Positions 1-8,870 of a DNA stretch of 33,224 nt are shown one piece after another (the stretch's first letter is position 1; each line of letters starts with the position of its first letter). Made by a program: the position numbers and the translations under genes. Origin of the DNA: a virus (lineage: Duplodnaviria > Heunggongvirae > Uroviricota > Caudoviricetes); IMG/VR virus record IMGVR_UViG_2698536361_000001; one strand, given 5' to 3'. The notes under the pieces were generated by a model. That model did no database searches. It had not been told where the DNA came from and saw nothing but the letters and a program-made list of their open reading frames with translations.

Positions 1-18
1 GCGGCATAATCCCAATGA

Positions 19-147
19 TTACTCCCTGACAGGGTTCGTAGGCCACTCAATATCAGGTGCAGTTGATGTATCAACACGGTTCAGCAGCATCCGATACTTT
101 TTCCAGGCTTCCAGCAACGGGGTTTCTTCCTCCGTTGCATATACAGC
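19..147 (-). pseudogene. tfa: 3' remnant of a tail fibre assembly (Tfa) gene: 42 codons, no start codon, in-frame TGA immediately upstream
   Basis: Minus-strand frame translates to [42 protein letters not shown], matching the conserved C-terminus of lambda-family Tfa proteins as I remember them; lies directly downstream of the stop of the 158..451 ORF. Confidence 0.55.
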
Positions 148-157
148 TCACCTTTTT

Positions 158-451
158 TCACCCACGATTAACCAACAGCCAGACCAGCAGACACGCCACC
201 ACCGGCACAGCAAAATCCATCAGGCTTGCCACATCCCATGCACGTGTATCAAAACCGCCCCACCACGGCATATTCATTCGCTTGCCATGCCCGAACATTT
301 CGATCCAGCGATATTCTGCCTGGGTGTGTTCACGCGCAATGAAGAACGTACAACCGGCTATCGCCCCGTAAGCCCAGTTCCCGGTAAAAAGACCAATCAG
401 TAGCTGCGCAGCCACAGCACAAAGCGCATGAAGGAAAGGTGTTATATCCAT
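158..451 (-). CDS. Hypothetical small membrane protein (about 97 aa from MDITPF; the ORF track extends to 466 with a non-ATG first codon)
   Basis: ORF 158..466; AGGA 5 nt upstream of the ATG at 451; three hydrophobic stretches (e.g. ALCAVAAQLLIGLF, AVPVVACLLVWLLV); no family recognised. Confidence 0.5.
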   Translation of the reverse strand: MDITPFLHALCAVAAQLLIGLFTGNWAYGAIAGCTFFIAREHTQAEYRWIEMFGHGKRMNMPWWGGFDTRAWDVASLMDFAVPVVACLLVWLLVNRG

Positions 452-460
452 TTTCATCCT

Positions 461-488
461 ACCCAATAAAACGGGGCGCTCGGCCCCT
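461..488 (-). terminator. Putative intrinsic terminator downstream of the 346-aa gene
   Basis: Minus-strand GGGGC-CGAGC-GCCCC hairpin followed by GTTTTATTGGG. Confidence 0.4.
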
Positions 489-493
489 TAATA

Positions 494-1534
494 TTATTTA
501 GACGCAAGCGCCGCCTCAATTGCAGATAATCTTTGTCTTAATTCTGCGTTTTCTTCTTCCAGTGCTGTTATTCTGTCGTCTGACTCTCTGGCTACCTGAA
601 CAAGCAAGCCAGTAACACCAGAATAATCTACTGTGTAATAACGTTCACCTTCTTCACCTTCCGATCCGCTCGCACCGTCCTGATATTTCATTGCGGAACC
701 TACAACTTCTGGGATTGCTTCCAGAGCTTCCTGTGCAATGACACCAGCATAGGGCATACCGTTTTCTTTAAGCGTGTATGTATAGCCGTTCATTTTACGG
801 ATGCGGTCGGTTGCATTATCGATCACCTGAATGTTGTCTTTCAGATCCCGGTCGGAATGCTGGTTAAATGCGGTGGCATGACATGCACCATTAACGCTTA
901 ACATATAGGTGTTATCGGTATTTTTCTGCGCATAGAACATATAAGCGCCACCATCAACACCGACTTCATAAACAACAGGACGGCTGGAGTTGCCCCACAA
1001 TTGAGCAGTAACACCAGCATAAGCGGTTCCCTGTGTGTTTAATGTCATGGTTGACCCATGATTGGCATATTTGATCTGTAATGTGTCGGTGTAATCAAAT
1101 TTAATAAGCGCGTTACTTCCACGCTTGCTGTATGACATAAGGCAGTTACCCATTTTGAGGTATCCGCTGTCACCGGGAAAAATCATCGTACCGCCATAAA
1201 GGTTGGTAAAGTCCCAGCAAATGTTTGTCCCGTTATCGTTCAGGTTAAGGCGCGCCATTGCGTTACCTGGACTGTCTATCCATTTTTTGAGGTATAGTTC
1301 GCAATACGCATCCTCAACACCTGCCGTCCTGTGAGTTGAGCGGAGTTTTCTCCCAAATATAGCTCCGCTAGTTGGCAATACCTGCTGATACCATGAAGCA
1401 GACCAGTCACCAACGATTTCATCTTTGCTGTCTACATATAATTTTGTTGCGTAGCTTCCTTGATCGTTTTTTAATTTGCTAACGTCGGATTTTAGCGTTT
1501 TGATGTCATCAGGAATTACTGTCGATGTAGCCAT
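494..1534 (-). CDS. Tail fibre / tailspike-like protein (346 aa) with a C-terminal intramolecular chaperone (peptidase S74-like) autoprocessing domain
   Basis: ORF with AGGAAGAAAA-ATG RBS; C-terminal 120 aa show the S74 pattern (HSDRDLKDNIQVID...GVIAQEALEAIPEVV...coiled coil RITALEEENAELRQRLSAIEAALASK), as in T5 pb1 and endosialidase chaperone domains. Confidence 0.7.
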   Translation of the reverse strand: MATSTVIPDDIKTLKSDVSKLKNDQGSYATKLYVDSKDEIVGDWSASWYQQVLPTSGAIFGRKLRSTHRTAGVEDAYCELYLKKWIDSPGNAMARLNLNDNGTNICWDFTNLYGGTMIFPGDSGYLKMGNCLMSYSKRGSNALIKFDYTDTLQIKYANHGSTMTLNTQGTAYAGVTAQLWGNSSRPVVYEVGVDGGAYMFYAQKNTDNTYMLSVNGACHATAFNQHSDRDLKDNIQVIDNATDRIRKMNGYTYTLKENGMPYAGVIAQEALEAIPEVVGSAMKYQDGASGSEGEEGERYYTVDYSGVTGLLVQVARESDDRITALEEENAELRQRLSAIEAALASK

Positions 1535-1543
1535 TTTTCTTCC

Positions 1544-1825
1544 TCACATCCAGCCACGAAGTTGATGCTCAACAGCAACCACGTATTCATCGAATAATGA
1601 CGATATTTGCGAATCATTAATGATGCGCACGTTTACAAAATATCCGTCTTCCTTAACACATACCGGTTCGCCATCTTCAGTCAGTTCTCCGGTTTCTTTG
1701 TACACGTTACCTATCACGTCGATAAGAATATCATCCTGCATCGACTCGTCATCATAATAGCCAATACTCTCCATAAAGGCCGAAAAGTCGGCCCTGTCTT
1801 CAAATTTGAGTGTTAAATCTTTCAT
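1544..1825 (-). CDS. Hypothetical acidic 93-aa protein, translationally coupled to stf
   Basis: ATG at 1825 overlaps the stf stop as TAATG; Asp/Glu-rich; no family recognised. Confidence 0.55.
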   Translation of the reverse strand: MKDLTLKFEDRADFSAFMESIGYYDDESMQDDILIDVIGNVYKETGELTEDGEPVCVKEDGYFVNVRIINDSQISSLFDEYVVAVEHQLRGWM

Positions 1826-4035
1826 TAGATTGACTCCCCCATTTGTGCCTCAGTTAATTCTTTATGCCAAATGCGTAAATTTTTCACATGACCGAACAGG
1901 TGTCTGTTGCCACTGGATGATTGTCCACCGATATTAATATTACCGGCAGTATAACGTTGCAATGTATGCAGAGACGGGGAGCTGCCACCTAAAATTCCAT
2001 CAACAACAACCTGCAACTGTTTATCTTCTGTAAACTTAAAGCCAGTAACAAATTTCCTTTTCTCTCTATTCCCATATGCTTTATATTCTGTTTTTGTTCC
2101 TTTGCCATTGGTGATAATTAGCCTTTTACCACGAGTGGTAAAACCAAAATACATATAACTTTCATCAGAAACTTCAGTCGTCGCCCCTGTAATTGAGATA
2201 TTAAGCAAACGCGCAGAGCCTTCTAAATTAGGCATTTCAGAATCCCAATTAACATTAACTTCCATGAGAACACTAACTGGTGGAGTTGCCCAATTGAAAG
2301 GTATAGGTATGATTACCTGGTCACTTGCTCTCGTGGCACCGACCTCTGTTGTGATGATAAAAGATGACGCGTTTAGTCCCTTTTCGAATTGAGGGGTTGT
2401 TAACATTAATTTATCGCCAGACTTGATTGATCGTTGATGTGCTCCAAACTCAAAACGCCCATACATATTTTTTGCTTCTGGTGATTTGTAGGTAAACTCA
2501 ACACGAATCCATCCATTAGACTCTCTGAATATGTTATAAGTTGCCGCCTCACCTCCAGAATAACTCAACATATCGCCAGTCTCGCAATCAATATATGCGC
2601 CAGCGGTCAGTGTGTTACTTGAGCCATCGTCGTTAACATATGATATTCTTGGACGCAACGTGATAATACCATCCCCACTTACTTTTTTAACTCTGCAGGA
2701 TAAAGTAACTGATTCATTTGCCGAAACTGAAATAACCCTGGTATATCCAGTAGAAATTAATGTCGCCCTTTCAGTTGTGGATGTTTCTTTAACGCCAAAC
2801 AAACCATAACTGAAACCATACTCATCAACTCCCGTGGTAATAGTTAAGTTAGCAGTGTCATAGTTCCACGATACTGGTGTATTCGTATAAGAAAAAGTAT
2901 TCGTTCTCTGACCTTCAATGAGCAGACCATCTTTTTCAAAACGTGGTTCATTTATCGCTGATTCAGCAAAACACCCAGACTTATCTATATACGTTGCAGT
3001 TGACGCCCTGGTAAATGAAACAACCTTTTCAGACGGCAATGCAATAACATCGTCACCAACTGTGATGCTCTTATATCCAGGAGCAAACCCGGTAATCATA
3101 TCCAGTGAATCGTTAAACGGTATCCACACCTCAGGTAACGGCTGTAAGACATATTTATACGGCTCCGCAGCCTGGCTTGCGTACTCTCTGGCTGCATCTT
3201 CGCTTGCTTTAGCTGCCGTCTGGCTTGCTGCCGATGCTTTCGCTGAGTTCGCAGCCGCTGTTTCGCTCGCCTTTGCGTTGGTTTCACTGGTTTTTGCTGC
3301 TTTTTGACTGTTAGCTGATGCAGTGGCAGAAGCAGCCGCCGCACTTGCAGAACCAGCTGCAGCACTCTCGCTTTCGGCTGCTGCAGCCTGACTACTTTTC
3401 GCCGCAGTTTCGCTGGCTTTGGCATTCGTTTCGCTGGTTTTCGCTGCCGTCTGGCTGGACTTCGCGTTGGTTTCGCTCGTCTTTGCGGCTGTCTCACTGT
3501 TTTTCGCGTTGGTTTCTGATTTTTTGGCTGCAGTCGCGGAGTTTGCCGATGCAGTCTGTGAGGCCGCTGCCGCCTGTGCGCTGTTAGCTGCGTTCGTTTC
3601 TGAGGTTTTCGCCGCGTTCTTCGATGATGCCGCTGCTGTTTCGGATTTCTTTGCCGCCGCTGCGCTCTGAGAGGCGGCTTCAGCGTTGCGTGCCGCTTCT
3701 TCCACCATTTCCTCAAAACGACGCAATGCCTCCGGCATGACATCATCTTCCGTCATGGCACCGAGAAAATCATTCAGCGTCCCCGGCTTAGAATCTTCAT
3801 ACACGGTGATGGTCCCGGCATGTGAAGGCGGAAAACCTTCAACCAGCAGGATAACGCTGTACTGGCCATACTCAACATCCATGCTGTAACGCCCGGCTTC
3901 ATCCGGATTTTCAGAGGCCACCGTGTTCACCAGTACCGTGGTGCTGTTACGCTTTGCCTTCAGTTGAATAGTGCAGTTCTGTATTGGTTTTCCCGCACCA
4001 TCTTTCAGCACACCTGAGATTTTTACTGCTGCCAT
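1825..4035 (-). CDS. stf: Side tail fibre protein Stf, chimeric: lambda-like N-terminus, Ala/Ser/Thr-rich repeat shaft, divergent C-terminal region ending in a LamG/ConA-like motif
   Basis: N-terminus MAAVKISGVLKDGAGKPIQNCTIQLKAKRNST matches lambda Stf; repeat units KTSETNAKxS; C-terminus GHVKNLRIWHKELTEAQM resembles a LamG jelly-roll end. ATG at 4035 preceded by GGAG (the ORF track starts at a GTG at 4041). Confidence 0.85.
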   Translation of the reverse strand: MAAVKISGVLKDGAGKPIQNCTIQLKAKRNSTTVLVNTVASENPDEAGRYSMDVEYGQYSVILLVEGFPPSHAGTITVYEDSKPGTLNDFLGAMTEDDVMPEALRRFEEMVEEAARNAEAASQSAAAAKKSETAAASSKNAAKTSETNAANSAQAAAASQTASANSATAAKKSETNAKNSETAAKTSETNAKSSQTAAKTSETNAKASETAAKSSQAAAAESESAAAGSASAAAASATASANSQKAAKTSETNAKASETAAANSAKASAASQTAAKASEDAAREYASQAAEPYKYVLQPLPEVWIPFNDSLDMITGFAPGYKSITVGDDVIALPSEKVVSFTRASTATYIDKSGCFAESAINEPRFEKDGLLIEGQRTNTFSYTNTPVSWNYDTANLTITTGVDEYGFSYGLFGVKETSTTERATLISTGYTRVISVSANESVTLSCRVKKVSGDGIITLRPRISYVNDDGSSNTLTAGAYIDCETGDMLSYSGGEAATYNIFRESNGWIRVEFTYKSPEAKNMYGRFEFGAHQRSIKSGDKLMLTTPQFEKGLNASSFIITTEVGATRASDQVIIPIPFNWATPPVSVLMEVNVNWDSEMPNLEGSARLLNISITGATTEVSDESYMYFGFTTRGKRLIITNGKGTKTEYKAYGNREKRKFVTGFKFTEDKQLQVVVDGILGGSSPSLHTLQRYTAGNINIGGQSSSGNRHLFGHVKNLRIWHKELTEAQMGESI

Positions 4036-4046
4036 ATCCACTCCAC

Positions 4047-4073
4047 AAAAAAGCCCGCCTGAACCGGCGGGCT
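4047..4073 (-). terminator. Intrinsic terminator between lom and stf
   Basis: Minus-strand AGCCCGCC-loop-GGCGGGCT hairpin followed by TTTTTT. Confidence 0.55.
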
Positions 4074-4099
4074 GTCATAACACTGTGTTACCTGGCTAA

Positions 4100-4699
4100 T
4101 CAGAACTTATAACCGACACCCACGATGAAACCGTCAGTGCGCCAGTCACCACTGCCGGAGCCTTCATAAGCAATATCAATGGCCACGGATTCGGTCGGGT
4201 TAAACTGCACGCCAGCTCCCCACGCCAGAGACGTGTTGCTGTGGCGACCGTCATCACTTCCGGTCAGCACATCGTGCGTTTTCCCCTTGTTGTCAGTTAC
4301 GCGGAGGTAATCCCCGGAAAAAGTCGAAACACGGCTGTAAGCCATACCCGCCATCGCATACGCGCTGAACCATTCATTCACGCGCACAGACGGCCCCGCC
4401 ATCACGCTGAACCAGCGGTTACGCACGGAATCTTTATGCCAGCGGGTATCGCTGTAACGGGTCAGCTGACGATTCTTGTATCCTGCATAACTGAATGACG
4501 TCACCAGCCCCAGCGTGTCCGTAAATTCATAACGGTATTTCACGTTAATGCCCTTCAGGTCATCACTGCCTGGCATATCAGTATGGGTCTGAAGATACCC
4601 GGCGCTTAGTGTGGACTGATGCTCTGCTGCGCTCGCTGGCGTACCAGCGGCAACCAGCCAGACTACTGCGGACAGAATAACAGCACATAATTTACGCAT
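4100..4699 (-). CDS. lom: Outer membrane protein Lom (Ail/Lom family beta-barrel)
   Basis: 199 aa, signal peptide MRKLCAVILSAVVWLVAAGTPASA, ends ...GFIVGVGYKF; matches lambda Lom; RBS GAGAGG before the ATG. Confidence 0.9.
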   Translation of the reverse strand: MRKLCAVILSAVVWLVAAGTPASAAEHQSTLSAGYLQTHTDMPGSDDLKGINVKYRYEFTDTLGLVTSFSYAGYKNRQLTRYSDTRWHKDSVRNRWFSVMAGPSVRVNEWFSAYAMAGMAYSRVSTFSGDYLRVTDNKGKTHDVLTGSDDGRHSNTSLAWGAGVQFNPTESVAIDIAYEGSGSGDWRTDGFIVGVGYKF

Positions 4700-4723
4700 A
4701 ATTACCTCTCGCTTTTCTGCAAT

Positions 4724-4747
4724 AAAAAAGGCGTCATTTCTGACGCC
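4724..4747 (-). terminator. Intrinsic terminator between J and lom
   Basis: Minus-strand GGCGTCA-GAAA-TGACGCC hairpin followed by TTTTTT. Confidence 0.55.
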
Positions 4748-4766
4748 CGTATTGGGGTTATAAAAT

Positions 4767-7700
4767 TCAGCTGATACTGATGCCTGCAGTGGCTTTCTTC
4801 ATCACAACAACCAGCAAATCGCTGATACTTGCTGTGGGATACCAACCATTTACCCACCATGCTGATACAGAAAACTCCAGTGTCATTACACCACTGCCTG
4901 CAGGCATATCAATAACACCCGTGTAAATCAGAGTATTATCCAGAGCCGTTCGGTTATAAATTTCAGCCCCGTTTTTCTTCACTATCAGGCGGCATGACGA
5001 ATAAGTATCGCTATTCTCCCGCTCATGTCTGGCACCGCAGAAAGCCACCGCTGGAATAACAATTTGCCGGTCAAACGACTGATCGTCATAAACCCTGACG
5101 GTAATAGTCCCTGATGGCCACCGCTCCGGTGCACGGGAGTCCCGGGGGAAAGCTTTGCCCACTGTTTTAACGAGATCGCCTTCAATCTGGTTCGCGGACA
5201 GTTTTCCCAGAACCCGACAGTTCTCGTTAATCGTGACATTATTGAGCGTCCCGGAGTTCGCATTCACGTTACCGCTGATATCGGCATTTTTCGCCGTCAG
5301 CCGCCCGTCCGGTGTCAGGGAAAATACCGGAGGATTGCCGCCACTGGTAATGGTGGGAGCCGTCAGATACTTCAGGAACACTTCGTTCATGAATATCTGG
5401 TTGCCCTGCGCCACAAACATCGGCGTTTCATTCCCGTTTGCCGGGTCAATAAACGCGATACGGTTAGCGGCAACCAGGAACTGGCTCAGTTTGCCTTCCT
5501 CCGTATCCTCCATACTAAGGCCAAGCCCCGCGACATAATGCCTGCCGTCTTCGGTCTGCTCAATTTTGACGCCCCACATGGCATTCCATTTATCGTTGGC
5601 GTCCTTCCACTCTTTCGAAAACTCCTCCAGTTTGCTGGCGTTATCCTCCGTCAGCTCGACTTTTTCCAGCAGCTCCTTGCCGAGATGGGATTCGGTTATC
5701 TGGCCTTTGAAAAAATCCAGGTAACCTTCCGCATCATCGCTCGGCTGACCAACAGCCTCCACGAATGCCGATTTGCCAACGGTGTTCACACTGCGGATAT
5801 AAAAGTAATAATCATGGCCCGGTTTGATATTGATACTGGCAGCTATCCAGTACAGCGCCGTACCAAGATAGCGGGCTGTGGTCTCAACCTGCCTGATATC
5901 GGTAATCCGCTTTTCCGAGAACCAGAACTCAAACTGTACCGTCGGATCATAAACCGCAAGATGCGGCGTGGCAGTTATCTGAAAATAGCCCGGCGTCAGC
6001 TCAATCCGCGACGGCGCTGCCGGTGCGGCAATCCGGAACGATACCGATGCCGGATCGCCCTGCTGTCCCCACGCATTTACCGCCCGGACCGTCAGCGTGT
6101 AACGCCCCAGCGCCAGTTGCCTGAAGCGGTATGTGGTTTCCGTCGTCCTGGCCGTGCTGACCAGCCGCTCACTGCCGTCATCCGCTGCCACGGTCAGGCG
6201 AAGCATAAAGCTCACCCCCTTCACCACCTTCGGCGTATCCCAGCGCGCCAGCACCTGATACTCCCCGCTGTCTGAGGTGACTTCGGCAGTCAGGTGCTGC
6301 ACCGCAGGCGGCGTGACACCATTCACCGTGCCGCTCTGGTCGCCGTCAAAGTGCGCCCCGTTATCCACGATGGCCTCTTTTTCCGGCACATGCTGCACGG
6401 CGGTGATGGCATACGTGCCGTCGTCGTTCTCACGGATACTCACGCAGCGGAACAGGCGCTGGCGCAGCGTCGGCAGCTTCAGCCCCCATACGCTGTATTC
6501 AGCAACACCGTCAGGAACACGGCTCACTTTTACCTTCACGCCGTCGGTGACGGACTGAACCTCCACGCTGACCGGATTGCCACTTCCGTCAACCAGACTT
6601 ATCAGCGTGGTACCGGAGGATGGCAGCGTGATTTCACGGTCGAGCGTCAGCGTCCGGGTCTGGCTGTTCACCGCCAGCACGCGCCCGCCGATGCTGATAC
6701 CCGCATAGTCATCATCACAGATTTCAATGACATCCCCCGGTACATGGCGAAGCCCTTCCGCACCCACGCTGAAGTCCACGGTCTGCGTTTCCAGCAGTTC
6801 CGTTTTAATCAGCCACAGCCCGGCGCGGTGCGCCTGCCCCCGGCTGGTACAGCCAAAGGCATCCATCTTCGTGACGTTACGACCGTAACGGGCAATGGCC
6901 TGCGTATCTTCAACAAGCTCTGTCGCCGTCTCCCAGCCGTTGTTCGGGTCAATCCAGTTCACCTCAACGGCATTATGGCGGTCCTTCAGGGCGCTGAAGC
7001 TGTAGCGGAACGGCGCGCCATCATCCGGCATCACCACATTACTGCGGTTATAGGTCCACACCTTATCTGATGGTCGGTCCTGCACGAACGTCAGCGTCTG
7101 CCCGTTCCATACCGGCATACAGCGCATCGCCGAGCAGAAATCACTGAGCACATCCCACGCCTTGCGCTGTGTGGTCAGCCAGGCATTACAGGTGATGCGC
7201 GGCTCCGTGCCACCAAAGCCATCCGGCACCGACTGGTCGCAATTCTGGCCGATGACATACAGCGCCCATTTGTCCACATCCGCCGCACCGAGACGCTTCC
7301 CCATGCCGTAGCGCGGATGGGTCAGCATATCCCACAGACACCAGGCCATGTTGTTGCTGTATGCTGGCTTAAACGTTCCGTCCCAGATACCGCTGTATTG
7401 TCGCGTCTGCGGGTTATAGTTCGACGGCACCTGCAGAATGCGCCCGCGAAGATGATAATTACGACTCACCTGCTGGCTGCCGAACTGCTCCGAGTCCACC
7501 TGTACGCTGACCAGTGCCGTGTTCGGGTAGCACTGTTTCACATCGATGATTTCGGTGTATGACGACCAGAGCGTTTTGTTCTGCAGCTGGTCTGTGGTGC
7601 TGTCCGGCGTCATCCTGCGCATCCGGATATTAAACGGGCGCGGCGGCAGGTTATCCACCACCACCGAGGCCAGATACTGCGAGGTGGTTTTGCCTTTAAT

Positions 7701-8162
7701 GGTGATGTCTTTTTCCGTCACCCAGCCACCGTTACGCTGTATCTGAACCAGCAGGCGGACTTCCGACGGATTCCGGTCCCCCTTTGAGGTGGTTTCCACC
7801 AGTGCCTGCACACCGAAGGTAAAGCGCAGACGGTCGATGTTTGCAGACGTGATGGTCCGGGTAATCGGCGTGTCGTACTTCACTTCCGTACCCAGCACCG
7901 TCTCGGAGCCGGAGGATTCAAATCCCTCCGGCGGTGTCTGCTCCTGCTCACCTGCCCGGAACACCACCGTGACACCGGAGATATTGGTATTCCCCTCACT
8001 GTCCAGCACCGGCGTACTGTTCAGCAGCACACTTTTTAATCCGTCCACCGGACCTTCAATCGGCCCTTCACTGATGGCGTCTATCACGCTCAGCATCTGG
8101 GATGATTTCAGGTTGTCCTTCGCTTCGCGCGGGGTATGCCCCTTACTGCTGCCTTTACCCAT
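4767..8162 (-). CDS. J: Tail tip host-specificity protein J (central tail fibre)
   Basis: 1131 aa, [20 protein letters not shown]..., same length and order as lambda J. Confidence 0.95.
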   Translation of the reverse strand: MGKGSSKGHTPREAKDNLKSSQMLSVIDAISEGPIEGPVDGLKSVLLNSTPVLDSEGNTNISGVTVVFRAGEQEQTPPEGFESSGSETVLGTEVKYDTPITRTITSANIDRLRFTFGVQALVETTSKGDRNPSEVRLLVQIQRNGGWVTEKDITIKGKTTSQYLASVVVDNLPPRPFNIRMRRMTPDSTTDQLQNKTLWSSYTEIIDVKQCYPNTALVSVQVDSEQFGSQQVSRNYHLRGRILQVPSNYNPQTRQYSGIWDGTFKPAYSNNMAWCLWDMLTHPRYGMGKRLGAADVDKWALYVIGQNCDQSVPDGFGGTEPRITCNAWLTTQRKAWDVLSDFCSAMRCMPVWNGQTLTFVQDRPSDKVWTYNRSNVVMPDDGAPFRYSFSALKDRHNAVEVNWIDPNNGWETATELVEDTQAIARYGRNVTKMDAFGCTSRGQAHRAGLWLIKTELLETQTVDFSVGAEGLRHVPGDVIEICDDDYAGISIGGRVLAVNSQTRTLTLDREITLPSSGTTLISLVDGSGNPVSVEVQSVTDGVKVKVSRVPDGVAEYSVWGLKLPTLRQRLFRCVSIRENDDGTYAITAVQHVPEKEAIVDNGAHFDGDQSGTVNGVTPPAVQHLTAEVTSDSGEYQVLARWDTPKVVKGVSFMLRLTVAADDGSERLVSTARTTETTYRFRQLALGRYTLTVRAVNAWGQQGDPASVSFRIAAPAAPSRIELTPGYFQITATPHLAVYDPTVQFEFWFSEKRITDIRQVETTARYLGTALYWIAASINIKPGHDYYFYIRSVNTVGKSAFVEAVGQPSDDAEGYLDFFKGQITESHLGKELLEKVELTEDNASKLEEFSKEWKDANDKWNAMWGVKIEQTEDGRHYVAGLGLSMEDTEEGKLSQFLVAANRIAFIDPANGNETPMFVAQGNQIFMNEVFLKYLTAPTITSGGNPPVFSLTPDGRLTAKNADISGNVNANSGTLNNVTINENCRVLGKLSANQIEGDLVKTVGKAFPRDSRAPERWPSGTITVRVYDDQSFDRQIVIPAVAFCGARHERENSDTYSSCRLIVKKNGAEIYNRTALDNTLIYTGVIDMPAGSGVMTLEFSVSAWWVNGWYPTASISDLLVVVMKKATAGISIS

Positions 8163-8222
8163 TCCTCACGCTCCAGAAACGACAAAACCGCCCTGAGGCG
8201 GTTTCACACAAAACATTCTGCA

Positions 8223-8870
8223 TCAACGACCAATCACCACAACCTGACCACCATCTCCTTCATCTGCCGTGCTGATCTCCTGCGAAATCACCCGTGACCC
8301 CACGCGCATTTCACCGTACAGAACCGGCAGAACATTGCCCTGGGCAACCATGTTATCCAGTGAGGAGAAATAGGTGTTCTGTTTGCCGTTATCCGTTGTC
8401 TGTGTACGGGGAGTTCTGGCTTTCGGTGCCAGCATCTGCGCCACACCACCGAGCACCATACTGGCCCCCGCACCATACATTCCTGTAATTGCGGCAGCCC
8501 CCAACCAACCTGCAGGGTTCCACCATGCCACCGCAATCAGCGCCGCCCCCAGCACAGCCTGAAAAAGACCGCCACTTTTGGCTCCCGCCAGACGCGGCAC
8601 AATGTGGATCACGGCACCATTTGCCAGCGGTTCATTAAGACGGGCTGATAATTCAGTTTCACCTGCATCACGCCCGGCAATACGTACCTGATACCAGCCG
8701 TCGCTCAGTTTCTGACGAAACGCCGGAAGCTGTGTGGTCAGCGCCCGGACTGCTTCGGCCCCCGTTTTCACACGCAGGTCGATGCGGCGGCCAAATCGTT
8801 GTAAATCCCCGTAAAGGCAGATTCGCGCCATGCCCGGTGACGCCAGAGGGAGTGTGTGCGTTGCTGCCAT
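8223..8870 (-). CDS. I: Tail assembly protein I
   Basis: 215 aa; overlaps K by 103 bp in another frame, as in lambda. Confidence 0.85.
   Translation of the reverse strand: MAATHTLPLASPGMARICLYGDLQRFGRRIDLRVKTGAEAVRALTTQLPAFRQKLSDGWYQVRIAGRDAGETELSARLNEPLANGAVIHIVPRLAGAKSGGLFQAVLGAALIAVAWWNPAGWLGAAAITGMYGAGASMVLGGVAQMLAPKARTPRTQTTDNGKQNTYFSSLDNMVAQGNVLPVLYGEMRVGSRVISQEISTADEGDGGQVVVIGR

Noticed and set aside
57-371. 104-aa plus-strand ORF at the left edge
   Set aside because: Overlaps the tfa remnant and the membrane-protein ORF on the opposite strand; translation has no recognisable features and no RBS.
3150-3700. Periodic repeats that could be mistaken for a CRISPR array or VNTR
   Set aside because: The repeats are imperfect, in-frame and coding (Stf shaft); there are no uniform direct repeats with unique spacers.
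3096-3746. 216-aa extremely basic (Arg/Lys/Gln-rich) ORF on the minus strand
   Set aside because: It is an alternative frame of the Ala/Ser/Thr repeat region of stf; repetitive GC-rich DNA yields open alternative frames. The stf frame carries the lambda-like homology.
5155-7070. Long plus-strand ORFs (127, 245, 93 and 258 aa) antisense to J
   Set aside because: They lie entirely inside the well-supported J gene on the opposite strand in GC-rich DNA where stop codons are rare. No RBS or recognisable motifs.
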